DNA of 64,000 nucleotides, taken from the NCBI RefSeq assembly GCF_006345805.1, contig NW_021832576.1, positions 8,483 to 72,482 on the forward strand, in the 5' to 3' direction. A program made the translations under genes and the position numbers. Within the stretch, counting starts at the first letter, position 1; each line of letters starts with the position of its first letter. The stretch comes from Octopus sinensis (Eukaryota). The notes beneath the pieces are model-generated. The model had not been told where the DNA came from. It ran no database searches and was given only the letters and a program-made list of their open reading frames with translations. Positions 12,497 to 25,700 of this stretch are shown here, in pieces.

Positions 12497-15400
12497 ACTT
12501 CCAATCAAAATATCAATTTTTAAATATAAAATAATAATTTTAAAATAATTAAAGTATGAATGAAAAAAATATATAATATATCCATATATAGCCTATATAT
12601 AATCCATATATAATCAATATATAAAATATAAATAATATATAAACTAAAATAACCTATCAACAATTAAATATAAAATATAAAACAAAACACAATAATAATA
12701 ATAATATAATAGTAAACTATATATACACCCAAACACATATACCTATTATATATAACCATATCTAACTACATACACTAAATCACACCCCTATATATTATAT
12801 CCCTATACATACACATAAAAACGTCTAGGCAACTATAAATAAATAAAATAGCTAAATACTTCAACACAATACTTATTCATACTCCCACACACACCACACA
12901 TACAACCCACATTCACGCTCTAGAAAAACGGACATCACTTAAAATATGAACGGAGAAATGGAATAAATGGAATTAAAAATTATATTCACTTGGTAAAACG
13001 AATTCCTTAACAAATTACTACGAATTCCTTAAAAACCTACCATGATAAACCCAAACTCATAAAAAAATATAATGATAAAATCTCCCTTTACTAAACTCTA
13101 TAACAGACCTATAAGCATCCCCCTAACCTAAACATTCACACACAATACACACACGTAACCACACACCCACGACATATACAAATACCCACACCACTTACAC
13201 ATACCTATACATACATATAAACCTCAACATATACTCCCAAAAACCCACTCAACCCCACACAGATAAATAAACACAAAAAATTATGAATGGATTCTTTTAT
13301 AAAAATACCATGATAAGCTAAAACTCACAAAACATAAATGATAAAACTCCCCTTTACTAAACACTATAACATACTTATATAGCATCCCTTTAACCTATAC
13401 ATTCACACACAAATACACACACGTAAACACCACCCCACTCACACACACCCACAAGACATATAAGCCTCAAAATATACACCAAACAAAATTACTTTACAAG
13501 GAACTTAACATATGTATAAAAAGTATAACCGCTCTGGAAACGAACATCTTTTAAATAAGGATGGAGAAATGGAATAAATGGAATTAAAAATAATATTCAC
13601 GTGGCAAAACGACACCACTCAAAAATTATGAAGAAACAATGTAAGAAAACAACCAACATCGAAAATAGACAAATTACCACGAATTCCCTAAAAAAAAACC
13701 ATGTAAACCAAACTCTAAAAAACATATAACGATAAAATCTCCCTTTGCTAAATCTATAACAAACCTATATAGCATCCCCCTAACCTAAACATTCACACAC
13801 AAAAACACCACACGTAAAACCACAGACCCACGACTTATACACATACCTATACTAACTTATAAACCTCAATATACACCAAAAACCCACTCCCTCCCCACAC
13901 AGACAATTAACACATACATCCCAAAACCTAAATAACAAACCCATATACACATTCACACACAAACACACACACACGCAAAACACACACACACAACAGATAC
14001 ATATACTCCTCACATATACGCATATACATACTCACTAAACTCGATATATACAACAATATTTACCACACCCACACTCTACAGATAAATAAATTATACAAAC
14101 TAAAAACTCACACACAATCTCATATACATAAACACTCCAATAAAAAACAACATTAATACATCGTAATTAACCAGAATATCAAAATAACAATATATGACAT
14201 AAGGAGAAATAAAATACATACTTACAAGTCAGTTTCAATTATGAAGTGAAATTAAATTCTAGCCGTTAAAAACCAAACCAAATTACGTTACCATAGAAAT
14301 ATAACTTATGTAAAAAAAGAATACGCGCCATGGAAAGTAAACGTCATTTAAAAATTATGAATGGAGAAATAGAATAAATGGAACTAAAAACTATATCCAC
14401 GTGGCAAACCAACACTACTTAAAAAAATTTATTATGAATGGATTCTTTTAATTAAAACTACCATAATAAATTATTATATACAATTATGAGTTTTAGCATA
14501 TGTTAAGTTCCTTGGTAAAGTAATTTGTTTGGTGTATATGTTGAGGCTTATATGTACTTGTGGGTGTTGTGTGAGTGGGGGGGGTGTTTGTATTTGTGTT
14601 ATGGGTGTGTGGTTTACGTGTGTGTATTTGTGTGTGAATGTAAGGTTAAAGGGATTGCTATAAGTATGTTATAGTGTTTAGAAAGGGAGGTTTTATCATT
14701 TTGTTTTGTGAGTTTAGCTTATCATGGTAGTTTTATAAAAGAATCCATTCATAATTTTGTGTTTATTTGTCTGTGTGGGTTGAGTGGGTTTTTGGAGTAT
14801 ATGTTGAGGTTTTATGTATGTATGTATGTGTAAGTGGTGTGGGTATTTGGTATATGTCGTGGGTGTGTTGTGGTTGTGAGGTGTTATTTGTGTGAATGTT
14901 TAGGGTAGGGGGATTGCTATATAGGTATGTTATAGAGTTTAGTAAAGGGAGATTTTATCATTATAGTTTTTATGAGTTTTGGGTTATCATGGTAGGTTTG
15001 TAAGGAATTCTAGTAATTTGTGTCTATTTGCGATGTCTGTTGTTTTATTGCCTTGTTTCATTCATAATTTTTAAGTAGTGTTCGTTTTACCAAGGAATAT
15101 AATTTTTAATTCCATTTATTCCATTTCTCCGTTCATAATTTTAAGTGATGTCCGTTTTTTAGAGTGTGAATGGGGTTGTATGTGTGTGTGTGTGGGAGTA
15201 TGAATAAGTATTGTGTTGAAGTATTAGCTATTTTATTTATTTATAGTGCCTAGACGTTTTTATGTGTATGTATAGGGATATAATATAGTGGTGTGATTTA
15301 GTGTATGTAGTTAGATCTGGGTATATATAATTGGTATATGTGTTGGGTGTTATATATAGTTTATTATTATATTATTATTATTATTTTGTTTTGTTTAGTA

Positions 15401-15573
15401 TTTTATATTTTATATTTTATATTTAATTGTTGATAGGTTTATTTTAGTTTATATATTATTTTATATTATATATTGATATATATGGATTATATATTTATAT
15501 TTTTTCATTCATACTTTAATTATTTTAAATTATTATTTTATATTTTAAAATATTGATATTTTAGATTGGAAGT

Positions 15574-15616
15574 CCACCTGAAGATTGTCGATCAAGACAA
15601 GAAACAATTGTAGTGG
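15574..15616 (+). ncRNA. minimal type I hammerhead ribozyme
   Basis: CCAC-CTGAAGA-TTGTC-gatcaa-GACAA-GAAA-CAATTG-TA-GTGG: helix I CCAC/GTGG, CUGANGA core, 5-bp helix II, GAAA, palindromic helix III, GUA cleavage triplet. Confidence 0.85.
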
Positions 15617-15968
15617 CGGTTTTTTTGACTATTTATTAAAATTTTATGTATTGATAAGTCTTTCTTGTTTGTTTTGCAAAATAGGGGTTTTGTCTCTAAT
15701 AATATTTTATAATATTTTACTATAAAATTGGATTTAATCCTAAATTGATTTTTTCCCTGTAAATTTGGATTTATTCCTAATATTTATTATTATTATATTA
15801 TATATATATATATATATATAATAATATATATATATATACGCCACATACGTATTTACATGCATAATATATGTGTGTGTGTATAGTTGTATATATACATATT
15901 TCTGTAAGTATGTATATTAATATATGTATACCAGAACGGAGTACACAACATGGAGTACAATGGACACT

Positions 15969-16144
15969 TTATTGATTACAACGATCGCTTCGACACATCT
16001 TGCATCGCTACCTCGCGGGGAGAAACTATACACATAACTTCGGCGCAAGAGTTTCACCGTGGGATGAAGTAGAACTACCTATATACTTTTCCACCTGCGA
16101 AGGAGCGCTACATGATGTTTGGAAACGATCGTTGTGATCAATAA
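15969..16144. repeat. short degenerate inverted repeat
   Basis: TTATTGATTACAACGATCGCTTCGACACATC pairs with GATGTTTGGAAACGATCGTTGTGATCAATAA. Confidence 0.7.
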
Positions 16145-16544
16145 TGTTACCTGTATATTCCATTTTCCGTCTGTATTGGTTCTCTCATACTCAATTTAGA
16201 CTGAGAAATTCCTGATATAGATCGTGTACATATGTATATATATGTATGTGTGTATGTATGTAGTTATACGCGTTCGTGTGAAATGTCAGTAAAAAGCTTA
16301 CTCAATACCATGGTAGAGGTTAATGAATTATTCAAAAATGCTGTATACATGTTTACATATATGGATATATATATATATATGTGTGTGTGCGTGTGTGTGT
16401 GTCTGTGTCTGTGTATGTATTTTATCTCTGTCTGTCCCACTCTCTCTCTCTATACATACATATATACATACATACATACATACATACATAGGTGCATACA
16501 TACATATATGTACATATATATATATAATATATATAATATATATA

Positions 16545-17624
16545 ATTAAGGGATCAGCAAAAGTTGCTTCACCACATACCGAAATTTAGAAATATCAGTC
16601 AAAACTACTAATTCTTGTAATACAATATATGTCCACAGACATATATACACACATATAAACTCAGTGGTTAAAAAATAAATATCAGAATTTGGCAAACAAT
16701 GTTATATCATCCCCATATATTCACACTGTTGAATATAAATAAATACATATTAAAATACCAGGGCGTTCAGCACACAATACCCGAATGTATATGAATATAT
16801 AAAAAGGTGTGAAAATCCTGTGTATGAAAGCCTATCAAGAAAATATGAATGTATATAAAGCAAGGCGATTAAAATTTACAAAAGGAACGAAATAGTTTAT
16901 ATTATTAAAGGTAGAAGGAATCCAGCATAATGTCCATCGGAAAGTGCAAGGTGGTATTCAAGTCAAGGAATCCAGAATAATCAAACTTGAAGAAGGAATG
17001 CACGTCTATGGCCAGAATCCATTAACACCTTAGAACATCAAAGCGGTAATGACCCTTCACCAAGATATTTTTTCCTGATGAAGGGGCCATTACCGGGTTG
17101 GTATTTTAAAGTGTTAATGGATTGTGGCAGCGGTTCCTGAAACGGTCGTTGACTTGAATTCTTCCTTACAATTTATGATGGACATTATTCTGGATTCCTT
17201 GAATTGAATTCCTCCTAGCACTTTACGATGGACAATGTTCTGGATTCCTTCTACCTTTAATAGTTTAACTTTCTTATTCTTATTTCAAATTTGTACTCGC
17301 CTTGCTATATATACATTCATACTCTCTTTATAGATTTTCGTCATACGCATCATTCCTTACGGTTTTATTCACCCGTTTTTATATGTATATATATATTTGT
17401 GATGAACGCGCTGATATTTTAATATATATTTATTTATGTTCAACAGTGTGAATATATGGGGATCATATAAAGTTGTTTGCCTAATTCTGATGTTTATTTT
17501 GTAATCACTGAGTTTGTCTTTTGCCTTCTTTGTTTTTAGTTGAGCACTTCTATTTGCAGCCCTATACTTATTTTATTTTTTTATTCCTATAAGGAGAATC
17601 GAAATATTAAATTTGTATATATAT

Positions 17625-17674
<50 letters not shown>

Positions 17675-17795
17675 GTGTGTGTATTACTGGGATATGTCGT
17701 ATGTGGAGTCTATTCCTAGAAAATAGAAATAAACAGTCTTTGACTGCTATTTCTAATTTTTTCGGTATGTGGCTAAGCAACCTGTTGCCTACCTT
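16545..17795. mobile_element. ~1.25-kb diverged fold-back element in (TA)n with a hammerhead-like core near its centre
   Basis: Arms pair, e.g. CCACATACCGAAATTTAGAAATATCAGTCAAA (16572) with TTTGACTGCTATTTCTAATTTTTTCGGTATGTGG (17739), and CCCCATATATTCACACTGTTGAA with TTCAACAGTGTGAATATATGGGG. The centre is at ~17065. Confidence 0.8.
17075..17150 (+). ncRNA. degenerate hammerhead with extended helix II
   Basis: CTGATGA-AGGGGCC...GGTTCCT-GAAA-CGGTCG-TT. Helix I is not well formed. Confidence 0.45.
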
Positions 17796-17930
17796 TTTTA
17801 TTTATATACAAAATATATATTGAACTTTTATAGAAGTTCCTACCGTTACTGGTTATATTTACATGCCGAAATCAACCAATAAATAATTGTTGGTTTTTTT
17901 AAAAACCATTAAAGCTATTGTTTATAATTT

Positions 17931-18009
<79 letters not shown>

Positions 18010-18231
18010 ACATACATACATTGAAAGGTTTGGCAGTTACTTCAAATTCTCGTGTTGTTGTATGTATGTGTGGATGTATACCGGTTCGTGAAAAATTTCA
18101 CAGAAAGCCAATAACCATGGTAATAGTTTATTTTAGAATGACGCATGTATGTTTACATACATATACCAATATATATATGAATCTATCTATCTATCTATAT
18201 ATTTATCTATCTATTTATATTTCTACACACA

Positions 18232-18269
<38 letters not shown>

Positions 18270-18354
18270 ACACACACAGAGTTATATTTTTCTTGCAAAA
18301 GATACAGACCGCATAGAAGTGCGCAAGTCGCGCCTGAGACGTTAGACAATTATA

Positions 18355-18935
18355 CTAAATGGAATGGAGAAAGTTTAAATCAGCTAAACCACAAAGAACA
18401 CATATGTATACGATTTAATTAAGATAAAAACTGTCCAGAAAGCATACATTGATATATTAAAAATACATATTAAAAATACATAAATATATTAATATTAAAA
18501 ATATATATGGATATATCAATGTATGAATATACAAACAGTAATAATTTAACGAAGTGTAGGATTGTAGATAAAAACGTTTTTAAAAAAAACAAATAATATA
18601 GTGAAGAGAAAATAATAAGCGTCAAAAAATATTCTAGGCTACATATTAAAAGAAATCCTATACTTCATTATATTATTATTATTATTATTATTATTATTTT
18701 ATTATTATTATATTATTATTATTATATTATTATTATTATGTTTGTATATTCATATATTTATATGCCCATATATATTTTTAGTATTCATATATTTTATGTT
18801 TTTACATTTATTTTTATATGTAGTTTTTAATATATCAAAATAACTTTTTGAACAATTTTCATCTTAATCAAATCCGTGTATATATATATGTGTTCACTGT
18901 GGTTTACCTGATTTGAACTTTCTCCATTTCATATA
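18355..18935. repeat. AT-rich degenerate fold-back element
   Basis: AATGGAGAAAGTTTAAATCAGCTAAACCACAAAGAACAC pairs with GTGTTCACTGTGGTTTACCTGATTTGAACTTTCTCCATT. Arms are ~190 bp. Confidence 0.75.
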
Positions 18936-18967
18936 TTATAAATGTCTATATATATATATATATATAG

Positions 18968-19002
<35 letters not shown>

Positions 19003-19229
19003 CAGTAAAAGGTTTAGCATTTACTTCAAATATTCAGTTGCATTCATCAAGTAGTTTGTGGTGGAAGACAGCTAAACAAAAATATAGATGTAAATCTCAA
19101 CCTCTTCCTCGTACAAGTTTAATAAATATGTTGCTGTACTGAGACTTATTCAATGTTTCTTTAATTAAATTTGAATATCTGTCAGTCTCTATATATACAT
19201 ACATACATACATGCTTACATACACACTAT

Positions 19230-19791
19230 GTCTCTATGCGACGTAACGTTGTCGCAAGAACAATATGCAAAGACGTTCCGTAAAAAGAATGTCCTGGAAT
19301 AAATAAAGAGATTCCCCCTGTTGTTATATACATACGAAAATACCAGGGTAAGGAACATTGCCATTAAATCATATGTCAAGGTTAAGCATCACAGACCAGA
19401 TTTTGTTGTTTGGGACAGACAAGAAAACGTATGTGCACGCATAGAGGTCAGATGTCTGGCTGGCGTGAATATCTATTCGAAAATCAAAGAGAAAATTAAC
19501 TGCTTCGAACCCTCTAACTTTATATCTGGATAACAAATTTACACTTATACCAATAATAATTGGAGCACTTGTTTTTTTTTTAACTAAATGCATAACTGCA
19601 AAGTCTGGATAAGAAAACGAAATCAACCGACTCGCACATTGCAAATACAATCGGTAAAAATGTAACTGTAAACCTATGCAAGACTTCGCAGATTTAAACG
19701 TTACCTACATTCCAAAGATTAAGATTTGTATTTTTGTTAGGAACCTGCTCCTTCTTCAGAGGAAGAATTTAAATGATTAAATATAGAGCAG
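19230..19791 (+). mobile_element. degenerate RLE-type non-LTR retrotransposon 3' fragment between (CATA)n tracts
   Basis: Translation HHRPDFVVWDRQENVCARIEVRC, then FTLIPIIIGAL in another frame. The 3' end GGAAGAATTTAAATGATTAAA..GAGCAGA runs into (CATA)n. Confidence 0.65.
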
Positions 19792-20281
19792 ACATACATA
19801 CGTACGTACATACATACATACAAACATACATACATACATGCATACATACATACATACATACATACATACATACATACATACATACATACATACATACATA
19901 CACACACACATACATACATACATGCATACATACATACAAACATACATACATACATACATACAAACATACAAACATACAAACATACATACAACATACATAC
20001 ATACATACTACATACATACATACATACATACACACACACATACATACATACATGCATACATACATACATACATACAAACATACATACATACATACATACA
20101 AACATACAAACATACATACATACATACATACATACATACATACATACACACACACATACATACATACATACATGCATACATACATACAAACATACATACA
20201 TACATACATACATACATACAAACATACAAACATACATACATACATACATACATACATACACACATACATACATACACACAT
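19792..20281. repeat. (TACA)n tetranucleotide microsatellite, ~490 bp
   Basis: Read directly from the sequence. It is the source of the MYVC/HTYI pseudo-ORFs. Confidence 0.97.
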
Positions 20282-20424
20282 ACTGTTGAATCGAATACTC
20301 TATTTTATGACCGTGAAGCAAACACTTAAACTCTCACTTCCAACAGTGTCTTAGCATTTACGCTTGTTCTTTTCTATAGATGTTTTTCTTTTTCTGGTAA
20401 ACGCTAATGACAGATAATGACACG

Positions 20425-20640
20425 GCGGTTATCTATAGATTCGTTAGCATGCTGGGCGAAGAGCTTAGCAGTATTCTGTCCGTCTCTCAGTCTCTGAGTT
20501 CATATTCCACCGAGGTCGACTTTACTTTTCGTCCTTTCGGGTTTAAGAAACTAAATACCAGTTGAACACTGGGTTCGATGTAATCGACTTACCCTCTATC
20601 TCCAAATTGCTGGCCTTGTGTCAAACTTTCAAATCAATAA
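20425..20640 (+). mobile_element. tRNA-derived SINE family A
   Basis: CGTTAGCATGCTGGGCGAA, GAGTTCATATTCC, CCGAGGTCGACTTT. Confidence 0.75.
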
Positions 20641-21599
20641 TGCATAATTATAATCATTCTTGATTTGCTAAAAGAAGCACATTTAAAATAAGAAGATATT
20701 TGGGGTTTGATAATACACGTCTCATTTCTAACATTAGATGTGATTTACTTAACTGCATTCACCTCTAAAACCTGCTATGGTAGAAAATATAATTCATTTA
20801 GTTTTGTTAAAATGTATAAAGAAAATGCAGTTAGTGGATTCCTACCTTATGCCAAAGCAAATATAAGCCTAAATGAACTGAACCTTATTCTGTTGCATAT
20901 TGGGAAGGTCATTATGACAATAATAATATACGCCCTGGCTATGTTTCACTTCTTTGATTACTATTAATCAATCGATTCATTTATCCAATTAACTAATCCT
21001 TTGTTTGATTAATCCGTCAATGACTGACGAACTCACTCACTCACTCACTCACTCACTCACTCACTCATTCACTCACTCAATCAATCAATCAATCAGCTAG
21101 GCTTTTCAAACTCTTTTCGTCACAACGCGCGACTTCCTAAACGATATGCTCTCTCTTCGGGACTGCCTCAGGGTGAATTGAACATTTTCCCTGTTAAGTT
21201 TTAATTTGCTTCAGTAATTTTGCTGTATTGTGCAGTTCCCTCTTAGTTTAGTACAATTTACGCAAATAATAACTATAAATATCATATCAGATTGTGTCAG
21301 AAAGAAACAGTTGAGATTCCCATTAGCATGGAGTGTGAAAAATTTCTTTCGATAAAATATCTATAAATTGGATTTAATGTTGCCTCTTTTAATTGCCTAA
21401 TTGACGGTGAAGTAGCAAATAGATTTGTAATAAAATTTGCTTTATAAAATTTGCGAAGTTCTCAAATATAATGTATTATATTTTCATTTCATTTAGAACT
21501 CATTTCGTAAAATGATATATCTGGAAGAAGCCGTTGATATTTCTAAAGTGAAACTCATATACACAGTCGCATACAGACACGCATTGAACCAAAATAAAC

Positions 21600-21935
<336 letters not shown>

Positions 21936-22965
21936 TAATGTAATGTTCGTGATGGTAAGATGAACACAAATGTACTCCATATGGTGAGAGATAAATATTT
22001 ATCACACATATATAAACATACTAGAGGCATAAGAAAACAAACATATCTACATATATACATTTACGATAGCAAAATTAAAATCATCAGCAAACATATTTAT
22101 ATTGACAATTATGTTCTTGACGATCTTAATTTATTGGAAAGTAATATGAAATCAGTTGCTCCAGTCATTGTATGACGGCCATGTTAGTGCACTGGTTTCG
22201 CAGTTAGTCGATTATATCGATACCAGTAATTCTGATACTCATTCTGTCAATGATACCTGAAGAAGGATCGGTTCGATCAATCTTAAAAATCTTACCCGAA
22301 ATTTTCCTTAAGGTTATGTCGGTAATCGTGGGAGTCCATTAACTGCTTAACTCATCTTCCAAACCCCATGATTCTCTGTTCCCCCTATCACTATTTTTTC
22401 TATTTCCAGCTTTAATGTATCTCATATTACAATATCCCTCTCCGTTTTCTCTTGCTGACGCTGACAAGGTGTAATTTGAGAGATTTGGTTGCTATTTCTA
22501 GAAAGTTAAACAACCACATATAGGATTTCCCTTTTGGTTCGCAAATACAGTCGTATCCGGCAGTGGTATGAGTGATATATAATACGTGGAATGATAGTTA
22601 ACGATAATGATTCTGTAATTGCTCCTTAAGGGACAGGCTCTGTGATATGAGGTGGTGGGCGATGTTTATGACATATCTATTAATGAATTATGTAACATGA
22701 AATATCTTTCTCTATCTATGAAAGCCTTTAGCTATGAATGTTTTCTGCTGAGAGCGTTATATCCTACGGTGATCATCGAAAGAATATTAAATGTAATGAA
22801 AACTGTTGTAAAGTGGATATGATTTATTATGCAATATGATGTGAGTGGAATTTTACGAGTGGGTTTACAACGGAAGATGATGAATTTGAAACGATGAGAG
22901 ACTGTGAGGTACAGTATGCGCGAACGAGTGATGAGCATAATGAAAGAATGATGAGGTAAAGAATG

Positions 22966-23031
<66 letters not shown>

Positions 23032-23036
23032 GTAGG

Positions 23037-23084
<48 letters not shown>

Positions 23085-23091
23085 AAGATAG
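22966..23091. repeat. (GATA)n microsatellite
   Basis: Read directly from the sequence. Confidence 0.97.
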
Positions 23092-23259
23092 AATTTTGGT
23101 AGGAGGCAAAAAGAGAGATATGATAGTTAAAGAGATATATCATAATAAGGGAAAATATTCTGCTGCGGAAAGAGAAGAAACAAGATGTATGGAAAGAAGG
23201 AGCGATCTCAAGAGCAATAAATAAGGCATAGAATAGAAAGAATAGTTTTGTAAGCAGCC

Positions 23260-23640
23260 ACTTGGCGTGTGGTTGAGAATGTCGCTTGGCAACCAAACGG
23301 CTTGGAGTTCGATCTCACTGTGAAGCAACCTGTCTTCTACAATAGCCCTGCTCGGGCCAACCAATGTCTTGTTTGTAAATTTGATAGAAAAACATTATGT
23401 CCATATACGTCCATATACGTTTGTGTATGTGTGTGTGAATGTGTGCATGGGTTTGTGTGCGTTTGTCTGCATATCTTTATGTCTGTTCGTCTAACGTTTC
23501 CCACCTGGTATTAGTTAGTTTACTTTTACGACCCCTATATAAATATATAAGTATGAAACCTACAAATACGTGCTGGGATCGATTTGTTTGAGTGAACAGT
23601 TGAAGATGGGCCCCAACAAGGCCAGTCTTATGAATAGAAG
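23260..23640 (+). mobile_element. degenerate tRNA-derived SINE family B
   Basis: TGGCGTGTGGTTGAGAA head, GAGTTCGATCTC B-box-like motif, TGTCTTCTAC..TAGCC body and internal (TG)n, as in 27349-27784. Confidence 0.55.
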
Positions 23641-24038
23641 GCGTACGTAAAAAATAAAATATAAGTCTAGCTAATTAGTAGCACGAAAAATAGCTTCAAC
23701 AGAACGGTAGAGATAATGGAGAAGAGAAATAAAAAGAATAGTTATTGCTTTTGTCTCTCGTTTTTATGTTGTTATGATGAAAGTATTTTTATTGTGATAT
23801 TAACTACACATTAAACAAATTAAAGAAATGAAAGCTGTAATATCAGAATAGTGAGGAGATTTCTATATGGTGTGTATAAAAATATACGAGGGACGTTCAA
23901 TAAGTAATGCCTCTGAACCGCTTGCAGTTGTTTGATCATGTGCAGTCATGTATATCTTTATAGAGTAAGTGGCAAATTACAGCTCTGAACTAATTGTGGT
24001 TTCTGATTTACAGGTGTTTGAACCGAGTCAAGTGTGAA

Positions 24039-25700
24039 ATGGAGCCTGTTGAGTGTCGAGCAGTGATCCGGTTTTTGTATTTGAAAGGCGCACACCACGG
24101 AGATTTTTGATGAAATGAAAGTAACTTATGGTGATGATGCCCCCATATGACCTTGTAAAACGCTGGCAGTGAATTCAAACATGGTCGGAACTCTGTGGAA
24201 ACAGCTCCCAGATCTGGTCGCCCCCTTCTGCCATTGATGAGGCATCTGTCCGTCAAGTTGAGGCTGCCATTTTGGAAGATCGACGCATAACTATTCGCCA
24301 AATAGCCCATGAGGTCAAGATTAGTACCGGGTCTGTGGAAACTATCATTCATGACCATTTGCATATGCAAAAGGTGTCTGCCAGATGGATTCCCAGGTTG
24401 CTCACGCCTTTCCAGAAGCAAGAACGCGTCGAGTGCACGAGGGTGAATTTGGAGATGTGCCAAGAAGATGAGTCAAAATTTTTCAAAAGACTGATTACAC
24501 AGGATGAAACCTGGGTCCATCACGATGATCCAGAGACCAAAGCCCAGTCAATGCAGTGGAAGCACCGTGACTCACCCCCTCCAAAGAAGGCAAGGGTGCA
24601 GCCCTCCGCTGGCAAGGTCATGCTCACAGTCTTCTGGGACCAGGACGGAGTAGTGATGACAGATTTCCTGGCAAAGGGTACCACAATTGCAGGAGCCTAT
24701 TAATACTTTGAAATACTTTGAAAGGTTTCGGCCATTATTGGCCCAGGCCATGTCTAACTTAATAGCACCACCTGGTGAAGTCTTTCAAGTCAGAATTTGG
24801 GCACTATGGCCCACTCAAGTAGAGAGTTATTGTTTACAGAGACATATCCGGGTGTAGGGGGTTTATCCGGGATTTCTTGAGGAATCTGTCCAAAGACTTC
24901 TTGAACCCTATAGGGTCAGTTTCTGTTTTAATGTGTTTTGGGTTTGTGTAAAGAGAGCGGGGCCAATTGAGGTGAAATAATTGTGCCGTATTGGTTATGA
25001 GATGAGAGTGCGATTTTTGTTTTGGGCGGATGGCACGGGGCCCAAGCCTTGGATGTACCTTAAAGGTGATGCCAACATCATTTGGGCAATGCTGATGGAA
25101 TATTTTCCACATCATGCAGATGATGTAGCGCTCACGACGACGTTGGAGAGAATAGAGTTTTAGCTTTTCTAGCCGACCCCAATAGTCGAGGCCTGTCATG
25201 CCATCTAATTTTTTTGTGATTGCCCTTTGAGGTGCTTCAACTTTTATGATACCTTGTATTGTGTGGGGAGACCACAGTGGACAACAGTATTCAAGGTGGG
25301 GTCGGGCAAAAGTGGAGAAAAAGTATTATGCTTCACTTTTGAGGAAATTAAGAGAAGTTATCAAAATCAAGAGGCGGGGCAAGATCAGCAAAGCATCCTC
25401 CTCCTGCAGGACAACGCTCCGGTCCACAACTCGCTTGTCGCCAGATCAGAAGCACAGGCGTATGGCTATGAACTCCCCCCCTACTTTCCTGACCTTGCAC
25501 CCTCTAATTTTCACCTCTTCCCAGTCATGAAGTTGTTTTTGAAAGGAAAGCGTTTCCCAGATGATGCAGCCTTGATTTCTGAAGTCGCGTTCAGGTTGGA
25601 GGACCAAGCTGGGGTCTTCTACAAAAACAGTCTCCAGAGCTGCATCAAACAATGGGAGAAATGCGTAACTCTGGGTGGTTCCTATGTAGAAAAAGACTAA
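24039..25700 (+). pseudogene. mariner transposase pseudogene (frameshifts, LINE insertion, third catalytic D changed to N)
   Basis: ATGGAGCCTGTTGAGTGTCGAGCAGTGATC start. ORF pieces 24272-24703 and the post-insertion parts of 25246-25530 and 25227-25700 join as ..GTTIAGAY|YASLLRKLRE.. Confidence 0.9.
24703..25323 (-). mobile_element. 5'-truncated CR1/L2-like LINE inserted into the mariner
   Basis: Minus strand RPHLEYCCPLWSPH...QRAITK..GLDYWGRLEKLKLYSLQRRRER is the RT C-terminus typical of CR1-group LINEs. It has a tandem 3' tail (TTTCAAAGTA)x2 and a TATTA duplication at 24698-24702 / 25324-25328. Confidence 0.85.

Larger units (their letters stand above)
12361..15790. mobile_element. 3.4-kb fold-back non-coding element (two head-to-head copies, hammerhead in each arm) inside (TA)n
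   Basis: 12361-13514 is the reverse complement of 14497-15708. The left half is A/C-rich and the right half G/T-rich. The right arm has an extra ~80-nt tail. Flanked by (CT)n(TA)n and (TA)n. Confidence 0.85.

Noticed and set aside
19737-20354. Long MYVC/HTYI repeat ORFs on both strands
   Set aside because: The (TACA)n microsatellite has no stop codons in any frame.
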